Source: Candidatus Wildermuthbacteria bacterium
GTDB taxonomy: Bacteria > Patescibacteriota > Minisyncoccia > Minisyncoccales > UBA10102
Reading direction: 5' to 3'
Assembly: GCA_016186115.1 (NCBI GenBank)
Contig: JACPMK010000003.1
Location: forward strand, 154,470 to 218,469
DNA length: 64,000 bases
This document shows, in pieces, positions 28,245-37,970 of this stretch. A program made the position numbers and the translations under genes. The notes beneath the pieces are model-generated. The model did not search any database, was not told the origin of the DNA, and was given only the letters and a program-made list of their open reading frames with translations. Every line of letters starts with the position of its first letter. The first letter of the stretch is position 1.

Positions 28245-29156
28245 ATGGACAATTTTCAACTACTCCCCAAAAAAGAGAGTGAGCTTAAGCACTATCTGAA
28301 GCTTATTTCCCAAAAAAATAAGATCATTTTTGGTCTGGCTGTCGGAGCTATGATTGTAGCTGGTGGCTTGAGTTCTCAATTAAGCACTTCTTCAAAAGTG
28401 GAGGCAGTGTTTCAGGTAGGGACAATCGATGGTGCCGCGATTGAATCTCCGCAGGCAATCATTGAAAAGGTGAGAGCAAACATTTACATAAGCCAGCTTC
28501 AGGCGAGTTCTCGCGTGGACGATACCGAGCTAAGGAAAATGAGATTGACAAATCCCCCGGCTACAAATCTTATCAAGATAGAAATAAACAGCACTCAACC
28601 AGACCGGGCCAAAGATACTTTGCAGGCCCTGCTTGTTTTAATGGGAAAGGATCTCGAGAAAAGAATTAATGCGAAAAAAGAATCGTGGAGAACAGAAATT
28701 GCCTTTTTAGAAGACGATATTAAGCTTATGAATGAAGCTATCAAACGGCTTGATGGAGAAATCCAGTTGCTCGAAGGAGAAAGAAAGAGTTTTGAACAGA
28801 AAGAAAGAATTATTGAGAATTCAAATCCTTATGATCAAGTGAGTCAACGGCTCAGCGGATCTGTATTTATGCTTTTGGATACACGGGAAAAAATCGACCG
28901 GATAAGAGAAGACATGCAAGAATTACAAGGAGGAAAAGAACGCATGTCTTCTAGTATCCTTTCGCTTCAAAGACAAATCTCTCTGTTCCGCGATAAGCTT
29001 TCCAATAACGTCGAATCCCCCCTTGTCCTAAAAGACCCTGTAGTTTCGCAGACCTCCAAACAGCCGGGCATGCTTATGAATACTGTTGTTGCCGGTATTC
29101 TTGGTTTGGTGGCAGGGACCACGCTGGTGTTTGCAAGAGAATGGTGGAAGGCCTAG
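28245..29156 (+). CDS. wzz: Wzz/PCP chain-length determinant
   Basis: N- and C-terminal TM helices, central coiled coil, Pro/Gly motif before the last TM. Confidence 0.8.
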   Translation: MDNFQLLPKKESELKHYLKLISQKNKIIFGLAVGAMIVAGGLSSQLSTSSKVEAVFQVGTIDGAAIESPQAIIEKVRANIYISQLQASSRVDDTELRKMRLTNPPATNLIKIEINSTQPDRAKDTLQALLVLMGKDLEKRINAKKESWRTEIAFLEDDIKLMNEAIKRLDGEIQLLEGERKSFEQKERIIENSNPYDQVSQRLSGSVFMLLDTREKIDRIREDMQELQGGKERMSSSILSLQRQISLFRDKLSNNVESPLVLKDPVVSQTSKQPGMLMNTVVAGILGLVAGTTLVFAREWWKA

Positions 29157-29291
29157 CAGTAGTTTTCCACAGTTTTTTTCTTGACTCATTCTGCTGGTGT
29201 GAGAAAATGACGTAATGTCGATAAAACCAGAGGTTTTTATTTATTGGTTGTGAAAAACTAGAACAATGTTGTTTTAGTTTTTTATTTTTAT

Positions 29292-32200
29292 ATGTTTCAT
29301 AAAAAATCAGTACCAAGTAATTTTAGAAAGGGCATTCCATTTATTATTGTAATATTCGTGGTAATGCTGGCAGGAGTTGCCTGGTTTGTGCCCGGCGCTC
29401 CTCATGCTGAAGCCGCAGTGAGCAATGTGGTTCTGGCCGATAACGATACTACAGGGTATGGGTTAGATGGAAGGGACTTTTCCGTAACCTGGACTCCGGG
29501 TGATTCACCCGCAGGTTATGTAGGAACAAAAATATATATTCTTCCCGCAGCAGTTGCTGCAAGTGTAACTACGGGAAATGTGGCTACAAACGGATGTTCT
29601 GGGAATGCCTGTCAGGACAGAGGAATTTTCTTTCAGCAGAGCCAGTCATCTCATACGCTTCCCCAGTTTGAGCAAAATGATAGCGTGGGGACGGCATGGA
29701 GTGCTGCCACTTCCTACAAGGCCTGTATCTTGATCGATGCCACAACTGACGAATTGACGTGTTCTGCTGCCGGGGTCAGTCCGACTTCAGACAGTCCCAG
29801 CGATGCGAATCGTCCTTTTATTGATCATGCTGCTGTTCATAGCGCTCAAGGGGGAGTGGATGCGGTAATCCTTGCATTTGTTTTTGATGATCAAACAACC
29901 TCAACTGAATTTACAAGTCCTACAGTAGACGCAGTTCAATATTTCAAACTTTTTTACGGAGCCAATGTAGCAAGCAGCGAAACGGCAACAAACGGGGCGC
30001 AGGTTGACGGGAAGTTATTCAAATTCATTGTGCCAGCAGCATCAGTTCCTGCAGCAGGGGGTACGTTCCAGTACTATCTTTCTGCAAAAGACAAGTCGGC
30101 AAATACCACTTTCTTTTGCGCCAATCCCAATGCAGCTACCGCAGCAGAATGCAAAAGTTCTCCCATTGTTGTAAATACGGTTGCAGCCGGTTCACGCACT
30201 ATTGCCGGCACTATTTCAGGGCTTAATGCCGGGGTAACAACTGCCTTGTCTGGAGCGTATGTATTTCCAGCCGGATTTGCCAAAGACACAACGACAACGA
30301 ATGGTAGCGGTGCCTATACCTTGAGCGGCATTCCCAATAACGAAGCTCTTGATATAAGCGCATACAAATCCGGGTATTGCATGAATAAAAGATTTGAAGT
30401 AGTCGGAACCGGTAATCTCACAGGAATCAACATGAACCTTAATCAAGGGGAATGCGGATTCAGCGGAGCCGGAGGACCGGGAGCTGGAACGAGCGGAGCT
30501 CCCGCAGTACTGTTTTCTGGGCCTTCGGAAGGATCATCCAGCGTTCCTTTAACAGAAAAGCTGCGAGTCGGGCTTAACCAGTCGATGAATGCGAATACTG
30601 TCAATGATGCAGATGCATCAAATGCGGGAAGCAATGTGTACCTGACTACTGATGACGGGACCACTAAAGTTGCTGGCTCTGTTGTGTATTGCGCGAGCAG
30701 CGCATCCCCGGGATGTTCTGCGTTATTCTCGCAAGATCAAAATACGATTCTTTTCTCTCCTTCTAGCGATCTTACTGTAAATATATTTTATACATTAGTT
30801 GTTACCGAAGGAGTGACCAATACGGCAGGGCAATCGATTCAAGGCAATCGCGCGGGAGGAGGGCATAGAATCAGTTTTACCACTGGCGGCGCCGTCATGA
30901 ACTCAAGCACCGTGACCACGAACTTTGGGGACAGCGGCCAATATATGCCTCCGTATGTAAAATCAATGAATCCCGGACCAGGAGTAAGTGCGCCAACAGC
31001 AACGAATATCTTGCTTGAGTTCAGCGAGCGCCTGAATACAGCCACGATTACCACCACAAATATACAGCTATGGAATAAGGGTACAGGCGTGCAGGTTTCG
31101 TTGAGTTCGAGCGATATCAGCGTGGATCCAAACGAGCAACGTTTTGTTACCATTAATCCTGCAAGTAATTTGGCTGCAGGCGATTACGAAGTCCGGGTAA
31201 AGGGAGCTGTGGCAAGCGCAAGCGGCATGAGCTTGATGCCTCCTAGCCAAGCGACTTCGAATGCATTTGTCTCCCAGTTTACCGTATCAACTTCTGCAAC
31301 AGCACCGGCCCCAACCATTTATCCGGGCCTTACCTCAGGGAGCACGGGCGTTGCAGTGAATAGCGGATCCTTTGAATTTGGGTTTACTCAGCAGCTTTCC
31401 TACACTTCAATTTCGTCCACGAACATCACTCTGAAACGGGGATCCACAACGATTTCTGCAGATGTAAAATACAATCCCTCTCGAAACGGTGTGTTCGTAA
31501 TGCCGCAGGATGTCTTAGCTCCGAACACGACGTACACTATTACCTTTGGAACAGGGGTGACCTCGCTTGCAGGTACCGCTCTTGCTTCAGAACAGAACTT
31601 CACCTATACCACAGGATCAGCGGATACGACAGCACCCAAGTTAAGGGAGGTACGTTGCGATGACTATACCTGTACCGCGTTCTTTACCGAGCCCATGAAC
31701 CACGATACTCAGGCAGACAGTGATTTTGCGGGAAGCGTTCTGAATCATGCAAATATTACATTGACTCAGGGCGGAGCAGACAAGGTAATTTCTTCTACTC
31801 CTATAACGTATGATTCAGAGGCGTGGTCCATTACAGTGAAGGGCGTCGCTTTGACTGCCGGCGGAGGATCCTTTATCTTCACCGCTGCGGCTGCAACAGA
31901 GGATGTTTCCGATAACGGAATTGACGGGACCGCGAGAACGTTCACTGGCTCTGTCGAAAACAGCGCAAATACCTTTGGGTCCTTCGGAGATACGGGAATG
32001 TTTGCTCCTCCAACGTCTATTGCGGGAGGGGGAACAGCCGCATTTAAACCCGAAGGATTCGGATCTTTTTCTGCAGAGCAATTTGCATTTGGCCAGGCAG
32101 CCACGGCATACCCATTCAATAATATGGCGGGGAAGGACTCGAACGTGTTTCAGGTAAGGTTCGGTCCTGGAATTGCGCTTCAGAATGACGATCAGGTTGT

Positions 32201-35200
32201 GCTGACTTTCCCAAGCGGCACGACCATTACGAACGCGGTTCCTGATACGTTCTCTCCCTTCTACAACGATATGAATGGATCTGGTTCGGTAACCGCTATT
32301 TTCGACACTGCGTATGATACCGACGGAGTTGGTGTGGATGCGACCGCAAGAACCGTAACAGTCCAGCTGAATATCAGCGGAACTCCGGGAACGAGTGACC
32401 AATATACGATTGACCTTCGCAAGATCACAAACCCGTCCATTCCAAAGGGGCCTGAAACCGGAGGGTACACGCTCGGAATCAAAGTGGTGCGAGCAGGAAC
32501 CACGCTCGTGAATAAGACCTCAATGCCGTACTTCATTATGACGGCAGGGGAACGGAGTATCACGGTGAATATCTATGCCGGAAGCCAAGCAAGTCCCACC
32601 GCAGGAGCCAATGGTAACATCTTCCTTCACGGAGGAGGTCCTACAGGACCCATGGATAAGAATGTTACGCTTACGAATGGAATTATCTCTTCGGTAGATG
32701 GAACTGCAGCTTCAAGTATCCAGTATACAAATTTGAACGATGGTTGTTACTTCTTAGGCACTGATCCATTTGTTACCTTGGGAGGTAACGATTACTTTGG
32801 CCAAATGTCCCCGGAACCCGTATGCGTTAGTTCTTCTGCTTCTTCAGTAACAAAAAATATCGTATTGACTTCTTCTTCTGGTTCTGCGTCTGTGCCGTTG
32901 ACAGTCAAATTTTCCGGCATTGCAAGCTTCAATAGCACCGATGTGGATATCTTTGCAGGCGGACCCGGAAGATTTGTGGTCAAGACCCTCTCTGCTTTGG
33001 GTGCTCCTGATGCAAACGGTTACACCATTCGTCTTCCGCAAGACGGTACTTGGTTTGTGGGCGTGGGGCCGGCAATGCCAAAAAGCGCATCATCCAAAGT
33101 TACTACGATGTTGCCCGGAATTCCCCCGCCTCCTATTGAGCTAGCAGTAAGCGGCGTAGGCGGAGCAAGCCCCGCAATCAGCGCAGGGCGCAACGCTCCT
33201 GCCGGGGCATCATTCAATGATGCAACAGATACGGTTACCTTTACCTTTGCTACCGCAGATAAAACAGTTTCTGGCCAGGTAACTGATGGTAATTCAGGGT
33301 TGGCGAGCGTGCAGGTGTTTATGCATTCCCAAGGATTTGGTGCACCCGTGTTCACCACAACTGATGCAAGCGGCAACTTTACGATCAGTATGTCTGATTA
33401 TGGGGCATATGAAATTGGCGCCTTCAAGGATGGATTGCCTCCGATGTTCCAGCCCATTGAGGTGCAGCCCGATAATACGGTAACTCCTGCAGACGCAGGG
33501 ACTGCTCCCGATATCATTTTCAAGGGGAAGTTAATTACCGGAGATAATCCTTTGGTTCTTAAGTTGAAGAAAGGAACGTACTCAATTTCAGGAAAGGTGC
33601 TGGATGCTGCGAGCAGTGGGAATGGCATTGCAAACGCTTCTGTATTTGCAAATGATACCGCAGGAAATTTTGTGGGCGGCAATACCGATAGCAGCGGGAA
33701 CTATACTTTATTCGTTGATGCTGGTACTTGGACCATACGGTCCGAACTTCCTCCAGACAAAACCGATATCTGCGGTACACTTTCTACGACTCAAACGATT
33801 ACTACCGAGAGTAAGTCAAGCGTGAATCTTACTCCTTCTACAGCTACTTGTGTAGAATTATCCGGCACAATCACGGTCGGTGGCAGTGTCTTGGCAAATG
33901 CCCCGGTGTTCATTGATGAATGGGACGCGACCAACAGCAAGCCCATTACCGGAGGATTCTTTAAAGGAACGTCAACGAATAGCAGCGGAGTGTATGCCGT
34001 AAAAGTAGTGGGGAACAAAACTTATCGCGTGGGAACGTTTGACCCGAATAATGGAGAGATTGCGACAACAGCAACGGTTGCAGGATCCGATGTATTAAAT
34101 GCTCACATTACTGCGACCACAGGAACTATTACCTTTGCCTTCACGGGCGGAACTTCTTCGATGAATGCGTTTGCCGAAGTGAAGAATTCCACGAACTCGA
34201 CTCTCCGAAGAGGACAACAAAAGAATGGGCTAGACACAAATCTCACTATGTCTGTTCCTGCAGGTACCTACAACTACTTTGTTGATGTGTTTGGATTTGG
34301 GAAATTCACCGGGCAGGTTGCCACTGGTTCTACCGCAACCATTGATGTTTCAACATCGAGTTTCGTCTCTCTTTCCGGGAACGTGAAGGATGGGAATGCC
34401 GCTGAATCCAATAATTTGAAAGGAGTACTTGTTACTGCGACCGATACGACGACCGGTCTCGTTGCTACCGCGCTTACGGATTCAAGCGGCAATTACACAA
34501 TAAATGTGAAAACAGGAACGTACAAGGTTTCTTCTGCTTTGTCCGGATATGTTCCGAGTCAGGCGTCTGCCACCGTGAGTATTAGCGGAAATACTTCAAA
34601 TTACGATTTCGGCGGAGCAAGTGGCGATCAGACCGCGTTAGCCAAAGCAGGAAATGTGATCAGGGGTACTGTATATCAGTCAGACGGGAGTACTGCGATG
34701 AGCGAGGGGTCTGTTACTGCAACGGAAAGCTCCACGAATTTAGCAGTCACTGCTCCAATTGATCCTCAGAATGGTTCGTATTCTCTTTCTGTTACTAATG
34801 GAACCTGGACAGTTTCTGCAAAAGGCCCAAAGCATGCAAAGACCACAAGATCAGGCACGGTAACAATTGCGGGTGCCGATTCTACCGGTAACAATCTTAC
34901 GCTTACCGCAGATGCTTCACGTACTCCGAAAAGTGACAGTAAATCGATAGCCGCAAACACAGGTGGATCTCTGGACGATTCAGATAATAGCGGAATCAAA
35001 CTGACTGCAGGAGCTGGAGTATTGGCAACAGGATCCAGCAATGTAACAGTAGAGGTTGAGAAAAACTACAATGCTCCTGACACAAGCAACTTCATCCCGC
35101 TAGGGGACGTATCTTTCGATATTTCAGCTACTGGTTCAAGCGGCGCGATTAAGGATTTATCAGGGAATGCAGATATTCACATTGAATATACTGATTTGAT

Positions 35201-35963
35201 GAGTTCGCTCCCCAGCGGAGTAAGCGAAAGCAATCTTAAACTAGCATACTATTCTTCTGAAAGAGGAGAATATGTTCCCGTGGAAGACGGCTTTACTATC
35301 GACACCACGAATAATGTCATTACTGCCCAGACCGATCACTTCACGACTTTCGGGGTTGTGTACGGTTCATCGGTGAGCGTCGCGAGTACGACGACCTCCG
35401 GAGTCACTTCTCCTGAAGATCTTTCGGGATCGAGTCCTTCAGTATACGCATATAATGCTCCTGTATCAACTTCGACTCCGACCCCGACGCCAACTCCTGC
35501 TGCTCCTTCCGTTCCGACTTCGATTCCCACCTCTCCATCTGTCTCAACTCCGAGCATTTCCAAACCGATCTCTGAAATGACAAGAGAAGAGATCGTTGCC
35601 AAAATTGCAGAATTGCAGGCATTAGTAGCAAAACTCCAACAAGAATTGCAGGCGCTTAAACAAGGTTCAGTGCTTGTAGGTATCCCTGTCGATTTTTCCT
35701 TCAGCAATGACCTGAAATACGGAATGAGGTCAGACGAAGTAAAGTACCTTCAGATTATTTTGAAAGCAGAAGTGGGAGATCCTATCTATCCTGCGAATGT
35801 TCCTGCGGGTGGATGGTTCGGTACGACTACAAAAAATTCCGTAATTGCGTTTCAGGAAAAGTATGCACAAGAGATTCTGGCTCCATGGGGCTTCACCAAA
35901 GGTACTGGGCTGGTAGGTAAGACCACGAGAGCAAAATTGAATACATTGCTGGGAGCACAGTAG
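29292..35963 (+). CDS. Giant secreted surface protein: Big_5-like Ig repeats, carboxypeptidase-regulatory-like repeats, PT linker, coiled coil, peptidoglycan-binding-like C-terminus
   Basis: Signal peptide (AEA-A); S/T/G-rich; LEFSERLN, LAPNTTYT; repeated ISG.V...TD.SG.Y; TDHFT; FQEKY...GKTTRAKLN. Confidence 0.85.
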   Translation: MFHKKSVPSNFRKGIPFIIVIFVVMLAGVAWFVPGAPHAEAAVSNVVLADNDTTGYGLDGRDFSVTWTPGDSPAGYVGTKIYILPAAVAASVTTGNVATNGCSGNACQDRGIFFQQSQSSHTLPQFEQNDSVGTAWSAATSYKACILIDATTDELTCSAAGVSPTSDSPSDANRPFIDHAAVHSAQGGVDAVILAFVFDDQTTSTEFTSPTVDAVQYFKLFYGANVASSETATNGAQVDGKLFKFIVPAASVPAAGGTFQYYLSAKDKSANTTFFCANPNAATAAECKSSPIVVNTVAAGSRTIAGTISGLNAGVTTALSGAYVFPAGFAKDTTTTNGSGAYTLSGIPNNEALDISAYKSGYCMNKRFEVVGTGNLTGINMNLNQGECGFSGAGGPGAGTSGAPAVLFSGPSEGSSSVPLTEKLRVGLNQSMNANTVNDADASNAGSNVYLTTDDGTTKVAGSVVYCASSASPGCSALFSQDQNTILFSPSSDLTVNIFYTLVVTEGVTNTAGQSIQGNRAGGGHRISFTTGGAVMNSSTVTTNFGDSGQYMPPYVKSMNPGPGVSAPTATNILLEFSERLNTATITTTNIQLWNKGTGVQVSLSSSDISVDPNEQRFVTINPASNLAAGDYEVRVKGAVASASGMSLMPPSQATSNAFVSQFTVSTSATAPAPTIYPGLTSGSTGVAVNSGSFEFGFTQQLSYTSISSTNITLKRGSTTISADVKYNPSRNGVFVMPQDVLAPNTTYTITFGTGVTSLAGTALASEQNFTYTTGSADTTAPKLREVRCDDYTCTAFFTEPMNHDTQADSDFAGSVLNHANITLTQGGADKVISSTPITYDSEAWSITVKGVALTAGGGSFIFTAAAATEDVSDNGIDGTARTFTGSVENSANTFGSFGDTGMFAPPTSIAGGGTAAFKPEGFGSFSAEQFAFGQAATAYPFNNMAGKDSNVFQVRFGPGIALQNDDQVVLTFPSGTTITNAVPDTFSPFYNDMNGSGSVTAIFDTAYDTDGVGVDATARTVTVQLNISGTPGTSDQYTIDLRKITNPSIPKGPETGGYTLGIKVVRAGTTLVNKTSMPYFIMTAGERSITVNIYAGSQASPTAGANGNIFLHGGGPTGPMDKNVTLTNGIISSVDGTAASSIQYTNLNDGCYFLGTDPFVTLGGNDYFGQMSPEPVCVSSSASSVTKNIVLTSSSGSASVPLTVKFSGIASFNSTDVDIFAGGPGRFVVKTLSALGAPDANGYTIRLPQDGTWFVGVGPAMPKSASSKVTTMLPGIPPPPIELAVSGVGGASPAISAGRNAPAGASFNDATDTVTFTFATADKTVSGQVTDGNSGLASVQVFMHSQGFGAPVFTTTDASGNFTISMSDYGAYEIGAFKDGLPPMFQPIEVQPDNTVTPADAGTAPDIIFKGKLITGDNPLVLKLKKGTYSISGKVLDAASSGNGIANASVFANDTAGNFVGGNTDSSGNYTLFVDAGTWTIRSELPPDKTDICGTLSTTQTITTESKSSVNLTPSTATCVELSGTITVGGSVLANAPVFIDEWDATNSKPITGGFFKGTSTNSSGVYAVKVVGNKTYRVGTFDPNNGEIATTATVAGSDVLNAHITATTGTITFAFTGGTSSMNAFAEVKNSTNSTLRRGQQKNGLDTNLTMSVPAGTYNYFVDVFGFGKFTGQVATGSTATIDVSTSSFVSLSGNVKDGNAAESNNLKGVLVTATDTTTGLVATALTDSSGNYTINVKTGTYKVSSALSGYVPSQASATVSISGNTSNYDFGGASGDQTALAKAGNVIRGTVYQSDGSTAMSEGSVTATESSTNLAVTAPIDPQNGSYSLSVTNGTWTVSAKGPKHAKTTRSGTVTIAGADSTGNNLTLTADASRTPKSDSKSIAANTGGSLDDSDNSGIKLTAGAGVLATGSSNVTVEVEKNYNAPDTSNFIPLGDVSFDISATGSSGAIKDLSGNADIHIEYTDLMSSLPSGVSESNLKLAYYSSERGEYVPVEDGFTIDTTNNVITAQTDHFTTFGVVYGSSVSVASTTTSGVTSPEDLSGSSPSVYAYNAPVSTSTPTPTPTPAAPSVPTSIPTSPSVSTPSISKPISEMTREEIVAKIAELQALVAKLQQELQALKQGSVLVGIPVDFSFSNDLKYGMRSDEVKYLQIILKAEVGDPIYPANVPAGGWFGTTTKNSVIAFQEKYAQEILAPWGFTKGTGLVGKTTRAKLNTLLGAQ

Positions 35964-35998
35964 GAGTTTGTCAGCAGATCCAAAGATTTTAACAACAG

Positions 35999-36030
35999 CA
36001 AAAGTCCTGAGCGAAGTCGAAGGACTTTTG
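35999..36030 (+). terminator. Terminator-like hairpin built on a REP-like 22-mer
   Basis: CAAAAGTCCT-gagcgaagtcga-AGGACTTTTG followed by TTTTT. Confidence 0.65.
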
Positions 36031-36060
36031 TTTTTGAAGTAAATTTGATACATTAGGTTT

Positions 36061-37782
36061 ATGCGAAAGCAATTGCTTACATTTTTATTGATTGGCGTGG
36101 GATTCCTGGCTGCGCCTCATATTGTCGATGCAGACATACTAGGGCAGAAGGTTACTTTTTTCATTGATCAGCAGAGCGATGCGGAACAACGAGAGAGGAT
36201 ATCTGCGACCCTTCAGTTTATTGCTGATGATTTGTATTTTTATACCGAAGATAGCTGGTGGAATTCCTTGGATCAAGATCAAAGAAATGGCTATATTGAA
36301 AAATTCCGTACCTTAGGGGTGAATTTCCAAAAAGAAATATACCCAACGCTTACCAATCTCTTTGGAACAGAGAATAGACCGGGTATCGATAAAGATGCTC
36401 TGATTACGATATTGATTCACCCGATGAAATCAAAGCAAGTCGGAGGGTATGTGCGTTCGTTGGATGGGCATTTCAAGCTTGAAGCCCCTACGTCGAACGA
36501 AAGAGAGATGCTCTATCTAAGCCCGGAGAGTGTTGTCTCAACCTTTGCAAAGAGCTTTCTTGCGCATGAATTCACGCATCTCATTTATTTCAATCAGAAT
36601 CCAGCTGCAGAGAGTATCGAGGGCGAAACATGGTTTGCAGAAGGGTTTGCGGAATTAGCGCCAACATTTGTTGGATACGATGCAGAGCGGGGAGAGACCT
36701 ATCTGAAGGTTCGGCAGGCCGACTTTGTTGCCAATAAAACCGATTCTCTTACAGAATGGAGCAAAATAGCAGATTATGGGGTAGTGAATATATTTTTTCA
36801 ATATCTGAAAGAACAGTATGGATCCCAAGTATTACTTGAGGCCTTTCGTTCTTCCCAGCCCGGGATTTTAGCAGTTGAGGAAGCATTGGAAAAGAATGGG
36901 ATCAAAAAGAGTTTCGATCAAATTTTTACCAACTGGACGATCGCATTATTTCTTAATGATTGCTCGTATGGAAAGGAGTATTGTTTTGAAAGAGAAGAAC
37001 TGTCGCAATTGAGAGTGGCTCCTTATACAAGTATTCTTCCCACATTCGGCGACAGTTCCCTTACCATCACCAATCAGACAAAGGACTGGGCCGGAAACTG
37101 GCACAAGGTAACTGGCCGGCAAGGATTTTTGAAAATATCCTTTGAAGGAAATCCTACTGCAAAATTCGTGCTTCCGTATCTTTTACAAAAACAATCGGGC
37201 AGCTATGAGTTGCAGTTTCTGCCATTGAGCCCGGATCAGAAAGGAGAGATTCAGGTGAAGAATTTTGGAAAAGAATATATTGCCTTGATCATCATTCCTA
37301 CGGTTCAGACGAAGCGTTCTGCGTTTACGAATTCCGATCCCGCATACTTTTTCTCATGGACTGCAAGTATTACAGGAAGCGAGAATGCTTCAGGAAGTGC
37401 CAATACCAATGCCGGCCAAAAGATTCAGGAACTTCTCCGGCAGATCGAACTTTTGCAGGCGAAAGTAAGGGAATTACAAGCGCAACTCACGCTTCTTCAG
37501 GGGACCAATCCGTGTAGTCGGTTCGAGAGCGATCTCTTCTTCGGTCTTCAGAATAACTCGCAGGTACGTTGTCTTCAGCAGTTTCTCAAGAGTCAGGGGC
37601 CTGCGATGTATCCCGAGGGTTTGGTAACCGGAAATTTCCTTTTCTTTACGAAGCAGGCGGTAATCAACTTCCAGGAAAAATATGCTTCAGAAATTCTTAC
37701 TCCTTTAGGGTTGAGCAAGGGTACTGGTTTTGTGGGGCAGATGACGAGAAAGAAAATCAACGAAATTCTTGGCTATCATTGA
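36061..37782 (+). CDS. Secreted Zn metallopeptidase (M30/hyicolysin-like gluzincin) with peptidoglycan-binding-like C-terminus
   Basis: Signal peptide, SNEREMLY, AHEFTHLI...WFAEGFAE; C-terminal FQEKYASEIL..GTGFVG.MTR. Confidence 0.8.
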   Translation: MRKQLLTFLLIGVGFLAAPHIVDADILGQKVTFFIDQQSDAEQRERISATLQFIADDLYFYTEDSWWNSLDQDQRNGYIEKFRTLGVNFQKEIYPTLTNLFGTENRPGIDKDALITILIHPMKSKQVGGYVRSLDGHFKLEAPTSNEREMLYLSPESVVSTFAKSFLAHEFTHLIYFNQNPAAESIEGETWFAEGFAELAPTFVGYDAERGETYLKVRQADFVANKTDSLTEWSKIADYGVVNIFFQYLKEQYGSQVLLEAFRSSQPGILAVEEALEKNGIKKSFDQIFTNWTIALFLNDCSYGKEYCFEREELSQLRVAPYTSILPTFGDSSLTITNQTKDWAGNWHKVTGRQGFLKISFEGNPTAKFVLPYLLQKQSGSYELQFLPLSPDQKGEIQVKNFGKEYIALIIIPTVQTKRSAFTNSDPAYFFSWTASITGSENASGSANTNAGQKIQELLRQIELLQAKVRELQAQLTLLQGTNPCSRFESDLFFGLQNNSQVRCLQQFLKSQGPAMYPEGLVTGNFLFFTKQAVINFQEKYASEILTPLGLSKGTGFVGQMTRKKINEILGYH

Positions 37783-37807
37783 CAATAAAAAACGTATCGG
37801 CTATAAT
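37779..37807 (+). promoter_or_regulatory. Perfect sigma70 promoter
   Basis: TTGACA-17 nt-TATAAT. Confidence 0.85.
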
Positions 37808-37812
37808 GAAGT

Positions 37813-37874
37813 ATAGGTGAGTTAAGCTTCAATTCGGCAGCAGGCCCCACTCGAGCGGGGCTTGTTGTTTTTTT
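37813..37874 (+). ncRNA. Candidate ~60-nt small RNA
   Basis: Lies between a consensus promoter and an intrinsic terminator (CAGCAGGCCCC...GGGGCTTGTTG-T7); no credible ORF. Confidence 0.55.
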
Positions 37875-37898
37875 GTTCGAAGTATTCTATGATGAACT

Positions 37899-37957
37899 TG
37901 GACCAAGGGGCCGTACTCACCTATATTTTTGAATTGGGGTATAACGCCCTTGGTCCA
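37899..37957 (+). promoter_or_regulatory. murB 5' leader hairpin
   Basis: 11-bp perfect stem TGGACCAAGGG/CCCTTGGTCCA just after a putative TTGTTT-17-TATGAT promoter (37865-37893). Confidence 0.55.
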
Positions 37958-37970
37958 CTACATCTCTGCT

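Noticed and set aside
35470..35560. ACTCCG/ACCCCG-like short repeats
   Set aside because: They simply encode the Pro/Thr/Ser linker; not an independent repeat element.
30074..35707. Many antisense ORFs within the giant surface protein, and others such as 6989-7777 and 8963-9676
   Set aside because: Expected shadow frames of long coding genes; no recognisable motifs.
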